Positions 34,798 to 45,900 of a DNA stretch of 64,000 nt are shown piece after piece. The position numbers and the translations under genes are program-made. Below the pieces are notes generated by a model that searched no databases, was not told the DNA's origin, and saw only the letters and a program-made list of their open reading frames with translations. How positions within the stretch are numbered: position 1 is the stretch's first letter; every line of letters begins with the position of its first letter. Location: the IMG/VR virus record IMGVR_UViG_3300042473_001540, positions 186,001-250,000 of that record; one strand, given 5' to 3'.

Positions 34798-35898
34798 ATG
34801 TTTGAAAATGTAGATTTTGGCATTCGAGAAGATCATTTTGGCCATGGGCTGTGTAGCCGGATGCGGTTGGAGTTTCTCAGCCAGCAAACCGGCGCGACAA
34901 TGGTAGTGTGTCGAGCTGTGAAGCTGGAAATGCGCCGCAACATCGTAGACGTGTTCACTGGTATGGAAAGCCTCCTAAACAAGACTTTTCCTGAGGCAGA
35001 GGGCACTTGGCAGTTTGTGCAAGTAGATCCTGACTACTGGATGATCCAGAATAGCAGTATGTTCATTATTGGTGAGCAGCGCAGTGCAAACAGCCGACGC
35101 AGTTGGGGGTATGATGAAGGCAGCGTTCGTGTGAACCGTGCCAGCATCGAGGCATATGGAACTCCAGACCGGGTTAACCAGCTGCTGACTGCTGTGGAAG
35201 ACACGTTCCAAGATCGCACTTTTACCAAAATCACGTGGTATTACAAGGATGGTTCTTCGGTGGACTATCGCAGCCTCTACGTTGATCAGGACAACCAGAT
35301 TCAAAACAGCTTTTATCCTTGGTTCACACAAGGTGTTGATGCCTTCATTGAAGATTACCTGACTAGCACAGGCACAGTGCTACTCCTCTATGGGCCACCT
35401 GGAACTGGCAAAACCAGCTTTCTCAAGCATCTCATTTGTAGCCGGCGCATGAATGCGATCGTCAGCTACGATGAAGACATCCTGCGTGATGATCGCTTTT
35501 TCATTGACTTTTTGGCTGATGATGAGCACAACATCATGATCATCGAGGATGCTGACCTGCTGCTGAGCAATCGAGAAAGTGAACAGAACAAGATCATGAG
35601 CAAGTTCTTGAATGTCAGTGATGGCATTGTGAAGGTGGCCAGCAAGAAGATGGTGTTCACTACCAATATTAGCCAACTAAACAAGGTGGACCCAGCTTTG
35701 CTACGCAAGGGGCGTTGCTACAGTGCAGTGGAGTTCCGCAACATGAGTCCAAATGAGGCTGCCCTTGCTGCTGAGTCTGCTGGTGAACCCCAGCAAAACT
35801 GGAAAGGTAAGGAGCATTGGACACTAAGTGAAGTTTTCAATCGCGATATTGCCACAGCAGAAGTTACGCCTACAATGGGATTTGGTTTCCGGGTTTGA
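34798..35898 (+). CDS. AAA+ ATPase (BCS1-like core)
   Basis: Walker A GPPGTGKT, Walker B IIEDAD, FTTN...DPALLRKGRC; promoter TTGACT-N16-TATAAC at 34743. Confidence 0.9.
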   Translation: MFENVDFGIREDHFGHGLCSRMRLEFLSQQTGATMVVCRAVKLEMRRNIVDVFTGMESLLNKTFPEAEGTWQFVQVDPDYWMIQNSSMFIIGEQRSANSRRSWGYDEGSVRVNRASIEAYGTPDRVNQLLTAVEDTFQDRTFTKITWYYKDGSSVDYRSLYVDQDNQIQNSFYPWFTQGVDAFIEDYLTSTGTVLLLYGPPGTGKTSFLKHLICSRRMNAIVSYDEDILRDDRFFIDFLADDEHNIMIIEDADLLLSNRESEQNKIMSKFLNVSDGIVKVASKKMVFTTNISQLNKVDPALLRKGRCYSAVEFRNMSPNEAALAAESAGEPQQNWKGKEHWTLSEVFNRDIATAEVTPTMGFGFRV

Positions 35899-35913
35899 AA
35901 ATCATAGGAAATC

Positions 35914-35921
35914 TATAAATA
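35914..35921 (+). promoter_or_regulatory. T4-type late promoter
   Basis: Exact TATAAATA. Confidence 0.7.
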
Positions 35922-35944
35922 AGGAACTATTACCAAGGCAGGCA

Positions 35945-36151
35945 ATGAAAACAATAGCAGTAATATTTCTTTCATATGTAGGCGCGTTGTGCGCCTTTGC
36001 TGCTAGTGGTTTTCTTGCCAGCTGGGCATATCAGTTAAATGGATGTATATGGACCTCAAGCGGTGTGTTTGGGGTCAGTTTTTTGGCTATTGTAACTGGA
36101 TTTGCTGGTGTAATTACAAACTTGTTTGACTTCTCCGACTGGTTCCGTTGA
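35945..36151 (+). CDS. Small membrane protein
   Basis: Two hydrophobic helices. Confidence 0.65.
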   Translation: MKTIAVIFLSYVGALCAFAASGFLASWAYQLNGCIWTSSGVFGVSFLAIVTGFAGVITNLFDFSDWFR

Positions 36152-36180
36152 CAGCCAAAAGTTTCATGCTATAGTTAAGC

Positions 36181-37413
36181 ATGAAAAAGTTATCCTTACA
36201 TAGTATAGTAGTTTTGATTGGTCCCACTAAGAGTGGCAAAAGCACATGGGCCCAAAACCAGTTTGACGCTGATGAAATCATAAGCCTTTCTTCAATCAAG
36301 AAAGAGTTGACAGGCAACAATTCAACAGTGGATATTTTGCCAAATATTTGGCACGAACTCTATCGTAGAGTTGATATTCGTATCGCCAACGGGCAACGTG
36401 CAGTAGTTGATTCCACTAATCTAAAAGACAAGGACAGATTTACTTTTCTTGATATTGCCGAAAAGTATGGTGTGGAAGTCTATTACAAACCTTTTGACCT
36501 TGAATGGGGCACAATACAGCAAAACTCTGGTTCTTGTTATGACTTTGACTCTTTGAGAAAAAGCTATAGTATATGGAAAAATGCTCGCACACAGGTGTTA
36601 CAGGGCGATAATAAACGAGCTGTTGTGCTGTGTGGTGACGAAACCACTGTTGGATTTCCAAATGAATTGCAGAGTGCAAGGATTTTAGCAGTAGGCGATG
36701 TTCATGGCAATTTTCCAGCTATGCAGCAGGCAGTGCAAATGGCACAACAGTTACACGCAAAGCTAGTGTGGCTGGGAGATATTGTGGACTATGGCGCCAA
36801 TAATCTCAAATGTTTGAAACTTGCATATGACACTGTTCGAGACGGGCAAGCACTTATGATTTGGGGAAATCACGAAAGAAAAATTGATCGCTGGATTAGG
36901 AGCGACTTGGGTGAAACCTTTAATGGCAAACTTAGCGAGTCAAATCTATCTACTATAAGAGAAATCAACAGTTTGAATGACTTGCGGAAAAAGAAGTTTC
37001 TTGCAGCTTGGACAGCACTAAGAAACTGGAGTTTTAACCACCTAACAGTGGGAAAATTTTTGTTTACTCATGGTGCAGCAACACCTGCCATGTGGGCCAA
37101 CAAGGATCGCAGATTGCAAGGTGTTTGTGCAAATATGGCCTATTTTGGTGAGGTAGACACTGTTTCACCGACCAAGAATGATGGATATCCAAACCGTATC
37201 TGGAATTGGGTTCAAAACATACCTGCTGATCATACTGTTGTTGTAGGGCATGATTGGCTTGATCGTGTCAGTTACAACGTTGTGGAAAAAGCAAATTCTT
37301 GTGGCGGCCGGGCATTTGTTACAGATTGTGGTAGCAGCAAAGGCGGTCGTTTGGGTGCACTTTTTGTTGATCAACATAGCAAAGAAGTTTTGCCTTACTA
37401 TTTTGACACTTAA
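36181..37413 (+). CDS. Polynucleotide kinase-phosphatase-like (P-loop kinase plus metallophosphoesterase)
   Basis: GPTKSGKS, VVDSTN; GDVHG, GDIVDYG, GNHE; promoter TTGACA-N16-TATAGT at 36148. Confidence 0.85.
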   Translation: MKKLSLHSIVVLIGPTKSGKSTWAQNQFDADEIISLSSIKKELTGNNSTVDILPNIWHELYRRVDIRIANGQRAVVDSTNLKDKDRFTFLDIAEKYGVEVYYKPFDLEWGTIQQNSGSCYDFDSLRKSYSIWKNARTQVLQGDNKRAVVLCGDETTVGFPNELQSARILAVGDVHGNFPAMQQAVQMAQQLHAKLVWLGDIVDYGANNLKCLKLAYDTVRDGQALMIWGNHERKIDRWIRSDLGETFNGKLSESNLSTIREINSLNDLRKKKFLAAWTALRNWSFNHLTVGKFLFTHGAATPAMWANKDRRLQGVCANMAYFGEVDTVSPTKNDGYPNRIWNWVQNIPADHTVVVGHDWLDRVSYNVVEKANSCGGRAFVTDCGSSKGGRLGALFVDQHSKEVLPYYFDT

Positions 37414-37441
37414 ATATCATAGCAGTTAAAAAAGGTGTGTT

Positions 37442-38023
37442 ATGAATGCCACTCTGGTACTCAATGCTGATTACAGTCCTTTAGGTGTAGCTCCGTTGAG
37501 CACACTCAATTGGAAAGAAGCTATCAAGCTGATTTATCTTTCTCAAGTTAATGTAATAGAGCAGTATGACGATTGGTTTGTTCATAGCCCCAGCGTAACT
37601 ATGCAAGTGCCCAGTGTTGTTGTTTCAAAAACCTATGTTAAGAGCAGTAGGACTGTGAAGTTCAATAAACAAAATTTGTGTATACGAGACAACTATACTT
37701 GTCAGTATTGTAATCAAATATTTGAGCTGAAAAGCCTTACTATTGAGCACGTTATTCCACGATGCTGTGGAGGCAAAACAACCTGGACTAACGTTTCAAT
37801 GGCTTGTTCTAGATGCAACACCCGAAAAGGACATCGATTAGATATACATCCACAAATCTTACCTTACAGACCCAGTATTGGTGAAATTATAAGCAAAGTT
37901 AAAAGACAGCCAGTTGTTGTGCCCAACAGCAACTGGCTGCCTTACATTGGGTGGACACCCAGTTTGGTTTCAGTACGAGAGCCTTACAAAAATATTGACA
38001 CGGTTGCATCAAAACACACATAG
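37442..38023 (+). CDS. HNH endonuclease (McrA-like)
   Basis: LVLNADY...RDNYTCQYC...TIEHVIPRCCGGKTTWTN...CSRCNTRKG; TAAATA at 37411. Confidence 0.88.
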   Translation: MNATLVLNADYSPLGVAPLSTLNWKEAIKLIYLSQVNVIEQYDDWFVHSPSVTMQVPSVVVSKTYVKSSRTVKFNKQNLCIRDNYTCQYCNQIFELKSLTIEHVIPRCCGGKTTWTNVSMACSRCNTRKGHRLDIHPQILPYRPSIGEIISKVKRQPVVVPNSNWLPYIGWTPSLVSVREPYKNIDTVASKHT

Positions 38024-38049
38024 TGATACACCCCTATAGGAGAATACCA

Positions 38050-38274
38050 ATGAGTGAAACAACAGAGGCAACAATGCCTCCCACATCTGCCTCTGGAGCA
38101 GCAGAAATAACCATTACTGATTTAAAAAATGTTTTAGTCCTTATTGATTTGTGCACCCAACGAGGTGCTTTTCGAGGACCTGAATTGAGTTCTGTTGCAG
38201 CTTTATACGACAAGATTCAAGGCTTTGTTGGTGTGGCTGAAGAAGGCAAAAACACTAAACCAACCGGCATTTAA
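38050..38274 (+). CDS. Conserved small phage protein
   Basis: IDLCTQRGAFRGPELSSV. Confidence 0.75.
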   Translation: MSETTEATMPPTSASGAAEITITDLKNVLVLIDLCTQRGAFRGPELSSVAALYDKIQGFVGVAEEGKNTKPTGI

Positions 38275-38282
38275 GGAGCACA

Positions 38283-38999
38283 ATGATGTTTGACAATATG
38301 TACCGACACACAGGCCAGCTAAACAACACTGGCAAAAATGTAGTAGTTGTATTCATGCAACTGCCAGAAGATCCTGCACATGCATTAGTAATTGACACAG
38401 ATGCATTGCCTGACATGTATAATGAGGCTCTCAGGAAGGTTGTCGAAAGCACTGAAGGACAGCAAGCCAAGAATCTTGCTGACGTTTTGGCCCGTCGTCC
38501 CAGCCCAGATGGCAGTTCCAGTAACATGCTAGCTAAGTTTCACCAAAGCAATAGACTGCAAAAAACACCTGTATCTAATGTCACAATGGTTCCTCGCCGC
38601 GGAGTTCGTTGGCCTCTCTCTGATGTAATTGCAGCAATGGCATCACAGGAAACTGTTCCACAAGGCTTTAATGACCTAGACCCTGAAACAAAGGCTATGG
38701 TGGCTGCCGATCTCAGGAAGTTCAATGTTCATGCTGTGAACTCAGAAAATGACAACACCGGGCAGATAAAAGCACAGGCTGCCAATCTCTTGGAAATGGC
38801 ACGCATGTTGGAAACAGATGCACATAGCAAAAGAGAACAAGCATACCGGATTGATCCCAGTCTTAGGCCCGCAAAACGTAATCAACCAGCCGCAACAGCA
38901 GCACCTGTGGAGATAGCAGCACCTGTGGAGATAGCAGCTGACCCTCTTCCGGTTGTGCCTACTCTTAAGAAACCAAGTAAGGCTAAGCGAGCTGCCTAA
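38283..38999 (+). CDS. Conserved hypothetical protein with an APVEIA tandem repeat in its tail
   Basis: AGGAG RBS; 18-nt tandem duplication near 38900-38935. Confidence 0.8.
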   Translation: MMFDNMYRHTGQLNNTGKNVVVVFMQLPEDPAHALVIDTDALPDMYNEALRKVVESTEGQQAKNLADVLARRPSPDGSSSNMLAKFHQSNRLQKTPVSNVTMVPRRGVRWPLSDVIAAMASQETVPQGFNDLDPETKAMVAADLRKFNVHAVNSENDNTGQIKAQAANLLEMARMLETDAHSKREQAYRIDPSLRPAKRNQPAATAAPVEIAAPVEIAADPLPVVPTLKKPSKAKRAA

Positions 39000-39060
39000 G
39001 TAAAAATCTCAAGAGCTGGACAAACTGATAAATAAAGGAACTCCAGTTCTTGAGGTAGCT

Positions 39061-39426
39061 ATGGCAAAGAAGAAAACAACTGAAGACTTGGAATGGGAGT
39101 CTATATTCAACAGTATCTCTTTTAATACTGAACCTCCCGCCAAATATATAAAAGATGCTGTAGTACGCACGAGATACGGAAAGCGCATCAAATTATCAGG
39201 CAAAGAATTTGTTTCTGTAATGGAACAAGAGCGTATGATGGATCCTGAAGATGCGCTTATTGAAAGCTGCAAGGTAACCTTGGACTTTGATCGACTCAAG
39301 CAAGATATCTCACGTTTTGCCAACAGTGTGCTCAAGAAGGCCAGCAGTCGTTACAAAAAAAGTCGTGCACAAACAAGTCAAGCAGCTAAGTTACGCAAAC
39401 TCTTATCTCAGCAGAAACAAAGTTAA
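39061..39426 (+). CDS. Hypothetical late protein
   Basis: TAAATA at 39029, GAGG RBS. Confidence 0.75.
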   Translation: MAKKKTTEDLEWESIFNSISFNTEPPAKYIKDAVVRTRYGKRIKLSGKEFVSVMEQERMMDPEDALIESCKVTLDFDRLKQDISRFANSVLKKASSRYKKSRAQTSQAAKLRKLLSQQKQS

Positions 39427-39503
39427 TTTTATTTCCCAGCTGTTCAACTTGATTTAACCCAGTATCCTAGGACAAAATAGCAGTATAGGTATTGGAGATT
39501 GAG

Positions 39504-40436
39504 ATGACAACTTGGGAACAGGTGGCTGACGACAGCAGATACACAAAGGTACTTGACAAGGGCTTTGTGGGCTTGATTGACCACATGGGCAGTGATCAAG
39601 CCATTGTGCAAGCTGCTCGAGTCAGCTATGGCGAGGGCACAAAATCTGTAAATGAGGATCGCGGTTTGATCCGCTATCTCATGAGGCACATGCACTCGAC
39701 TCCATTTGAGATGGTGGAATTCAAGTTTCATCTCAAAATGCCAATCTTTGTAATGCGTCAACATGTGCGACACCGAATGGCCTCAATCAACGAATACAGT
39801 GGTCGTTATAGTGTTATGACGGATGAGTTTTATATTCCTGAACCAACTCGAATTCAAGCGCAAAGCAGTGACAACAAACAGGGCAGTGCCGGACAACTTG
39901 CAAAGCAAGAACTGGAAATAGCACTCAACACAATCCAGCGAGTAAGTGCTGAAAACTATCTAGACTATCTCAGCCTCATAAATGACCCCAATGGACGAGA
40001 CTATAAATTTGGTGAGCGTCAGGGCCTGGCACGCGAGCTGGCACGTATGGTGCTGCCAGTAAACAACTACACTGAATTGTATTGGAAAATTGACCTCAAA
40101 AACCTGTTTCACTATCTCAATCTCAGAATTGATTCTCACGCGCAATATGAGATCCAACAGTTGGCCTTACCTATTGCAGAGCATGTGAAACGCATTTGTC
40201 CAATTGCATGGGAAGCGTTTGAAGACTATTGGCAGCAAGCCACAACTGTGAGTAGGCTTGAAAAAAACCTATTGCAGGAGCTTATCAACTTCAGTAACGT
40301 ACAGAGCGTGAGTTTTGCAGACAGTTATGAGACTATGATCCAAACCGCAGGTAGCAAATCACAACTGCAAACACAGTTTGGAATGAGCAAACGTGAGTTG
40401 GCAGAATTTGAGAAGCAGTGGAAGCTGGCCCTTTAG
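39504..40436 (+). CDS. thyX: Flavin-dependent thymidylate synthase
   Basis: AARVSY, HSTPFE, RHRMASINEYSGRY (RHRx7SxR), ARMVLP. Confidence 0.96.
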   Translation: MTTWEQVADDSRYTKVLDKGFVGLIDHMGSDQAIVQAARVSYGEGTKSVNEDRGLIRYLMRHMHSTPFEMVEFKFHLKMPIFVMRQHVRHRMASINEYSGRYSVMTDEFYIPEPTRIQAQSSDNKQGSAGQLAKQELEIALNTIQRVSAENYLDYLSLINDPNGRDYKFGERQGLARELARMVLPVNNYTELYWKIDLKNLFHYLNLRIDSHAQYEIQQLALPIAEHVKRICPIAWEAFEDYWQQATTVSRLEKNLLQELINFSNVQSVSFADSYETMIQTAGSKSQLQTQFGMSKRELAEFEKQWKLAL

Positions 40437-42205
40437 GCCAGCTTCGCTTCTAGGGCTGCAAGTTTTTGACTTAGTTCTTGCACTGCTGCCCATAATATAG
40501 GTACTAACTTGCTGTTGTCTACTGACTGATAGACTGGATGGCCGTTTTCATCAACTTCATCTTTCTGGCCCTTAACAGCTTGTGGTACCACAGCTTGAAG
40601 TTCATGAGCTAAGAAGCCACTAGACCTTTCAGTCCGCATTGAGTCAACCCAGTTATAGGTTTTGGCATGAACTTTGCCTACTAAATCCAGGGCTTGGCTT
40701 AACGGAGCAATGTTTGTTTTGCGTCGATAATCAGATAGGCTGTTGTAATAGGTGCCGGCATCATCGAAAAGTATACTTCCTGACTCATATGCGTTTAGGA
40801 TTGATGTTGTATTGATTTTGAATGATATACCTTTTTGGACCGCAGGTGTTATTGGATAACTGCCCCAAAGATTTATCATAGTATTTGGCTGAGGGTTGAA
40901 GGGCTGACTTACGGTTGACCTGATGTTGATACCATCGGTGTTGGCTTGATTCATATTGATAGTAAGAAATGAATCATTGAACGCTGGGGAGGCAGTGGCA
41001 TTTGCTGCAATTGTTACGTCACCCAACCTCAAACCACGGTTTACAAACCGGGCAGTCTCAACACCAGATATGAAACAGCTTAGCTGATTTGACGCCACTT
41101 GGCCTAGTCCTGTTTGTAAATCACCTTTGAAAACATATTTCATAGGGCCATCAGATTCAGAAGGGGAGCCAGCACAGAATTTGTGAGAAAACACTGTCCA
41201 CAATTTTGTGTTCAAGCTACCAAGGTCAAATACGGCATCCACAGTAGGAATATTTGTAGCATCTTTCCGCATGAAAATTGTGGGACTGACGGGAGGCGTC
41301 CCAAGGGTATCAGCATTTAAGGCGCTTGTGGCTTTGCCATCAAAATTTGTGGCGTAGATAGTATTGTATTTGAAGCTGGTACTACCAAGGTTGTATAAGT
41401 TGTCATTTATTGGTAGATTTGTTTGGTCGCGACGCATGTAGCTTCCTGATGGTATGCCACCAAGGAAAACGCTGTTTTGGGCCAACAAAGTGCTTGTGCT
41501 TTCGCCATAAAATTTGGCATTGGGCAATGTGGGATTTAAGGTTATTCCTGGATAGACACTTGTGAACCCTTGTAATGGATTGGTTGGTGTTGCTGCTGGA
41601 GCGAAAGTTGCATCATTACTTACTACTGCAACCAGTTGTCCACCTACAGTCAATCTCAATACCTTATGGATTGCATTTAAGGTGTCTGTTACCAACAGTG
41701 CATCAACATTTGTATAGACTGGTATGCTGGGACTATTTGCATCGTTGCCGTCAGCGGCACCCAGCGGACCAACTAAGTTCCACTGTGATGAACCATACAC
41801 AAAAAGTTGTTTTTTAGTTTGATCATACAACAGCTCTCCGTCAACAGGATTTACAGGGCCAGGAGGAGAGGGAGGGCCTGGAGGAGTAGGACCAGGTGGT
41901 GTGGGTGGAGGTATGTTGGGTGTAGTTTGTACCGGGGCTGCACTTTTCCAGGCAGTGCCGTCATATACTTTCAATTGAGCGTTGGCAACGTCATACCATA
42001 ATTGACCAACTCTTGGATTACTGGGCCCAGATAATGGTGCCCCAGCAAAGTTTTCCAACATCCATACTAAGTTTTCAACAACAGGCTCACCGTAATTGGG
42101 ATAATTACGCCCAGGCAACCGCAACGAAGTTGCGGTTGTGTTGATTGTCTTGTCAGGAATGGATGCAATCGGAGTTCCGCTGTAACTGTTGATCACATAT
42201 GTCAT
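40433..42205 (-). CDS. Tail fibre with C-terminal peptidase S74-type chaperone
   Basis: ENLVWMLENFA N-terminus, poly-Pro linker, SDYRRKTNI...GFLAHELQAVVPQAV...VDNSKLVPILWAAVQEL; TAAATA at 42236-42231. Confidence 0.85.
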   Translation of the reverse strand: MTYVINSYSGTPIASIPDKTINTTATSLRLPGRNYPNYGEPVVENLVWMLENFAGAPLSGPSNPRVGQLWYDVANAQLKVYDGTAWKSAAPVQTTPNIPPPTPPGPTPPGPPSPPGPVNPVDGELLYDQTKKQLFVYGSSQWNLVGPLGAADGNDANSPSIPVYTNVDALLVTDTLNAIHKVLRLTVGGQLVAVVSNDATFAPAATPTNPLQGFTSVYPGITLNPTLPNAKFYGESTSTLLAQNSVFLGGIPSGSYMRRDQTNLPINDNLYNLGSTSFKYNTIYATNFDGKATSALNADTLGTPPVSPTIFMRKDATNIPTVDAVFDLGSLNTKLWTVFSHKFCAGSPSESDGPMKYVFKGDLQTGLGQVASNQLSCFISGVETARFVNRGLRLGDVTIAANATASPAFNDSFLTINMNQANTDGINIRSTVSQPFNPQPNTMINLWGSYPITPAVQKGISFKINTTSILNAYESGSILFDDAGTYYNSLSDYRRKTNIAPLSQALDLVGKVHAKTYNWVDSMRTERSSGFLAHELQAVVPQAVKGQKDEVDENGHPVYQSVDNSKLVPILWAAVQELSQKLAALEAKLA

Positions 42206-42268
42206 ATTGCTTGCCTCAGAGTATTTCTGATATTTATGCAGCAAATGACCTTGCTAGCCACAAAAAGC

Positions 42269-42853
42269 TTAGGCTGTTTGAATACGGATAGTATAAACCA
42301 CTTCAATTTCGCGATTCAAAGATTTTTGAACTGGTGAAAATACTACATGGCTTATCAACAATCCTGTATCTGCAACTGCTTTTTTGGTTTTCAAGCCCAA
42401 CTCATTGAACACGTAAGGACTTGACACATCTGTTGCTGTATCAAATGCATCTTGGCCAGCTGGTTCACCCAAGCCCAAAACACATGTGATTTTCACATCA
42501 GTATATACTGTACCAGGTCTGTGAATAACTTTGATAAAGTTACGAGTGGGGTCACTGTTGTCTGGACTGAGATCATTTACAACTTTGTAATATGTTTCGT
42601 TGTATAGTTGTGCATCAAGGCCCTGTACATTGGGTGGGAGATAAATTACTGTTCCTACACCAGAAACAACAGCAGCACCATTGCCGAACACCATTTCTTG
42701 AATATAACCTTCGGGGCGATAAGCCAACCCTTGTGCCAATGCAATGCTGAAATTCTCAAAATTGATGGCATTGTATTTGTCTACCAAAACTTCCTTGGTA
42801 TGAAAGTCGCGGATCAAAACGTGTCCTGTAATATTATTCAAGGGAGTTTCCAT
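42269..42853 (-). CDS. Putative virion structural protein
   Basis: GHVLIRD...NAINFEN...FNELGL...HVVFSPVQKSLNREIEVVYTIRI; lies in the structural module. Confidence 0.7.
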   Translation of the reverse strand: METPLNNITGHVLIRDFHTKEVLVDKYNAINFENFSIALAQGLAYRPEGYIQEMVFGNGAAVVSGVGTVIYLPPNVQGLDAQLYNETYYKVVNDLSPDNSDPTRNFIKVIHRPGTVYTDVKITCVLGLGEPAGQDAFDTATDVSSPYVFNELGLKTKKAVADTGLLISHVVFSPVQKSLNREIEVVYTIRIQTA

Positions 42854-42855
42854 TT

Positions 42856-42984
42856 TTAGGAGAGCCTTTTGTCTAGGATTATTTTGTTTGAGTTTAAATC
42901 TTTTATCAGTAGATGACTGCTTACTACTAATTTTTGACAGTCATCTACTTTTGTATCAACTATTTTTTCTGTCTGCTGTTCCAT
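42856..42984 (-). CDS. 42-aa ORF resembling the N-terminus of the downstream gene (not in the ORF track)
   Basis: SSHLLIKDLNSNKIILDKR versus TGHVLIRDFHTKEVLVDKY; TAAATA at 42995-42990. Confidence 0.6.
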   Translation of the reverse strand: MEQQTEKIVDTKVDDCQKLVVSSHLLIKDLNSNKIILDKRLS

Positions 42985-42992
42985 GGCTATAT

Positions 42993-45900
42993 TTATGCTG
43001 GTATCGACCCAGGTTGTGACAACAAAAATTGAGCTTGGTAAGTGCTGCTATATTGTAGCCCTAGTCCACCATAAGGCCACTGATACCCACCTGGGATAAC
43101 TTGCCGCACACTACCATCTCGCACTACGCTGGTAGTTGGGTGAGACATAGCTGTTGTTTTCCAGTCTTGTTTGAAGATTATAAGTCCAATATTTTTATTG
43201 CCTGCAGGAGGTGGTTCAAAAATTGGAGCCAATGTCTGAGAGGGGAATTGCAGATAAAATCCAGGGGCTGCATTTGAGGGGTTGCTTACTAGCATCCAAT
43301 CGTTTTGGAGCTTGCCATCCACAATAACATACGCATTTACCATTCCTGCTTGCCATTCTCCTGCGTTTGTAATAGTTACAGGATACAAATCACTGTTGCC
43401 TGTGCTACTCCAATACTGTGCCACAAATTTATCACTAATGCCGCCAGGTGTTCCCAGTGTGCCACGATTGATTTTTCTCAAAACAGCTTGGTTAGGAAAT
43501 GCAGTTGAGGCCGCAGGAGCTTTGTCAAAATATTCAATTCTTTCACCCTCAATCCAAATAACCCCAGGTCGTTTGTCATCAGGTTCAAGAAGAGTGTCGC
43601 CATTTGCTACAAAAATTTCCTGATCATTCCAGTTCAACACCTGAGTAAGAACGGTCCTGTCCTGATTCCCAAGGCGTAGGTATTGTGTGTCGTTATACAC
43701 ATTTGTCACAGCACGGAATGCAACACCATCTTTGCTGGGCAACGCTGTGGGATAATAGGCTTGAATCTCATCAGCTGCTGTCAAAGTGTAATGATTTCCT
43801 AACTTTAGGTACCAACTGTTTCCGGTTTTGACTATGGTATAGTCTAAAATCCAGCTTAAGCTACTGCCGTTGAGCCATACTTGCACACTTTGGAACTCCA
43901 ACGGAGTATTGGTGAATAGGTATTGGTTGCTGGAATCACCTGTCCAGACATCGTTATAAAAGGCACTTGCGCTGTCTTCACCCCAAGTTCTTACAACAAT
44001 AGTATCGCCGTCAACCACCGCCCAACTTGCCAAAAGTAGGTTTGTTCCTTGGATTTGATAATCATAGTTTTGGGCGACTGGATCAGCCACTTCAATGTAA
44101 ATGAAACTTTTATCTGATGGCGCTGTAGTGAATATTATTTGATTTCCAGCCAATGTATATTCTGTGTTAGGCAATACTGAGGCATTTAACCAAACTTGAA
44201 TAAATGACCCAGGATCTGGGAAAATAGCCAAATTATATGCTGTTGTGTTGTTGTCACCAATTGCACTCAAAAGGTAGGGTGGCTTCAATCGCTTGCCGTT
44301 ACTGTAGACCAGTGCATTGTTACTTTGTGCAGGATTGAATCCGCTCAAGGGATTATTTGGTGTATTCAAATTCAGCGGATACGTGAGCAATGGCAAGGTT
44401 ACTACCAAACTCTGTAATTTTTGTAGACTTTGATATTGACTGCTGTATACCAAAATTACAATAGTGTCGCCAGGCAAAGGTGTAAATCCCAGTCCAATTT
44501 GACGATTGTCGGCAGGGTTTACACCAAAACTCACTGTAGGCACTCCATTCCAAGTCATCAGAATAGTGTTAGCGCCTATGGGTTGATCCATTGTGATCAC
44601 AAAACTTGTGATGTCAAAAACAACAGTTTTAGTTTCTTGAATATGGCTGGAATAGTTAGCAATGCTGAACCCTGTGCCAGTACCAGGTGCTCCACCACTT
44701 ATGGTTACACCCACTTGTTGGAGGCCAACATTCTTATTCAAATAACTACCACGAGTCAACGGCAAGATGCTGGCTACTCCCCATTGTGGAGTAATCAACC
44801 CTCCTATACCTGTTCCATTTGTATACCATTCATTTTGACTTATGCTGGGCTGAGTATAATAGCCTTGATTTACAATACTCACAGCAGTAATTTGTCCAGC
44901 TACACCACCAAAAGCAGTAGTGCTGTCAACCTTGATTACCAAAGTTTGCGTTCCGCTCCCGTATTTGAAATACAAGAGATCTCCTACCTTGTAGCCAGAT
45001 CCTGGCTGATTTACATTTACAGCAGTTGCACGTATTGCAGTGACTAACACTGTTGTAGATGTGTAGCTCTGTGATGTATCACTTAACACGATAGTATCGT
45101 TCAAGTTGTAATCAATTCCTTGATTTACTATGCTCCAATTTCCGAGACCAGGGGTTGCTCCACCAAAACCAAAGCTGGTAATTACAACTGATCCCACTGG
45201 CGGGAAAACAAAAACAATGCTATTGCTGCTGGGATCATATACATAATCAGAGGTTGGTCCTAGAGTTTTCAAAATTCCGCCTACACTGACAATAATGTCA
45301 GCAGCACTGAACACTGGTTGGCCAATATAAAATCTATCAGTAATGCTGTCGCCAAGCCAACTTTCAGACAACACATTCCCAAAGCCCACTGTGGGTTGAT
45401 TGGCAACATCTATTATCAAGGTTTCTTTTCCTTGAAGCGGGAACAACTCTTCAGGATGATTGCCTTCCACATGTGGTCGACTCAACCCCTGTCCATCATA
45501 TACAGCATCAAGCGTGCCTCCTAGGGCACTTTCAAATGTGCTGCCTGCTTCTGCTACCCAAATGTTGGGTTTGGCTACAGCACTAAGTGGCGCCAGTGCA
45601 AATTCAAGACTTGTGCCGCCCCAACGTAGGACAAAGGTGGCATTTACGCCTGAACCGCCAGAGGCTTGCACTGCTGTTCCACTGGGAGTCAGTGTGTATG
45701 CCCCTGGAAAGACCACCTCAATTTTCAAAATTGCACCTGTCAAACTTGTGTTGACTACTTTCAGCTGAGCAGGAATAGTATAAGTGCCTCCAGATACAGA
45801 GAGTATATCATTTACACTATATCCTAATCCTTGATTAGCAACATCCACAGCAGTTATCCAGTTTTTGACTGTCCAATTGAGAGGAGTGTTTTGAAGATTA

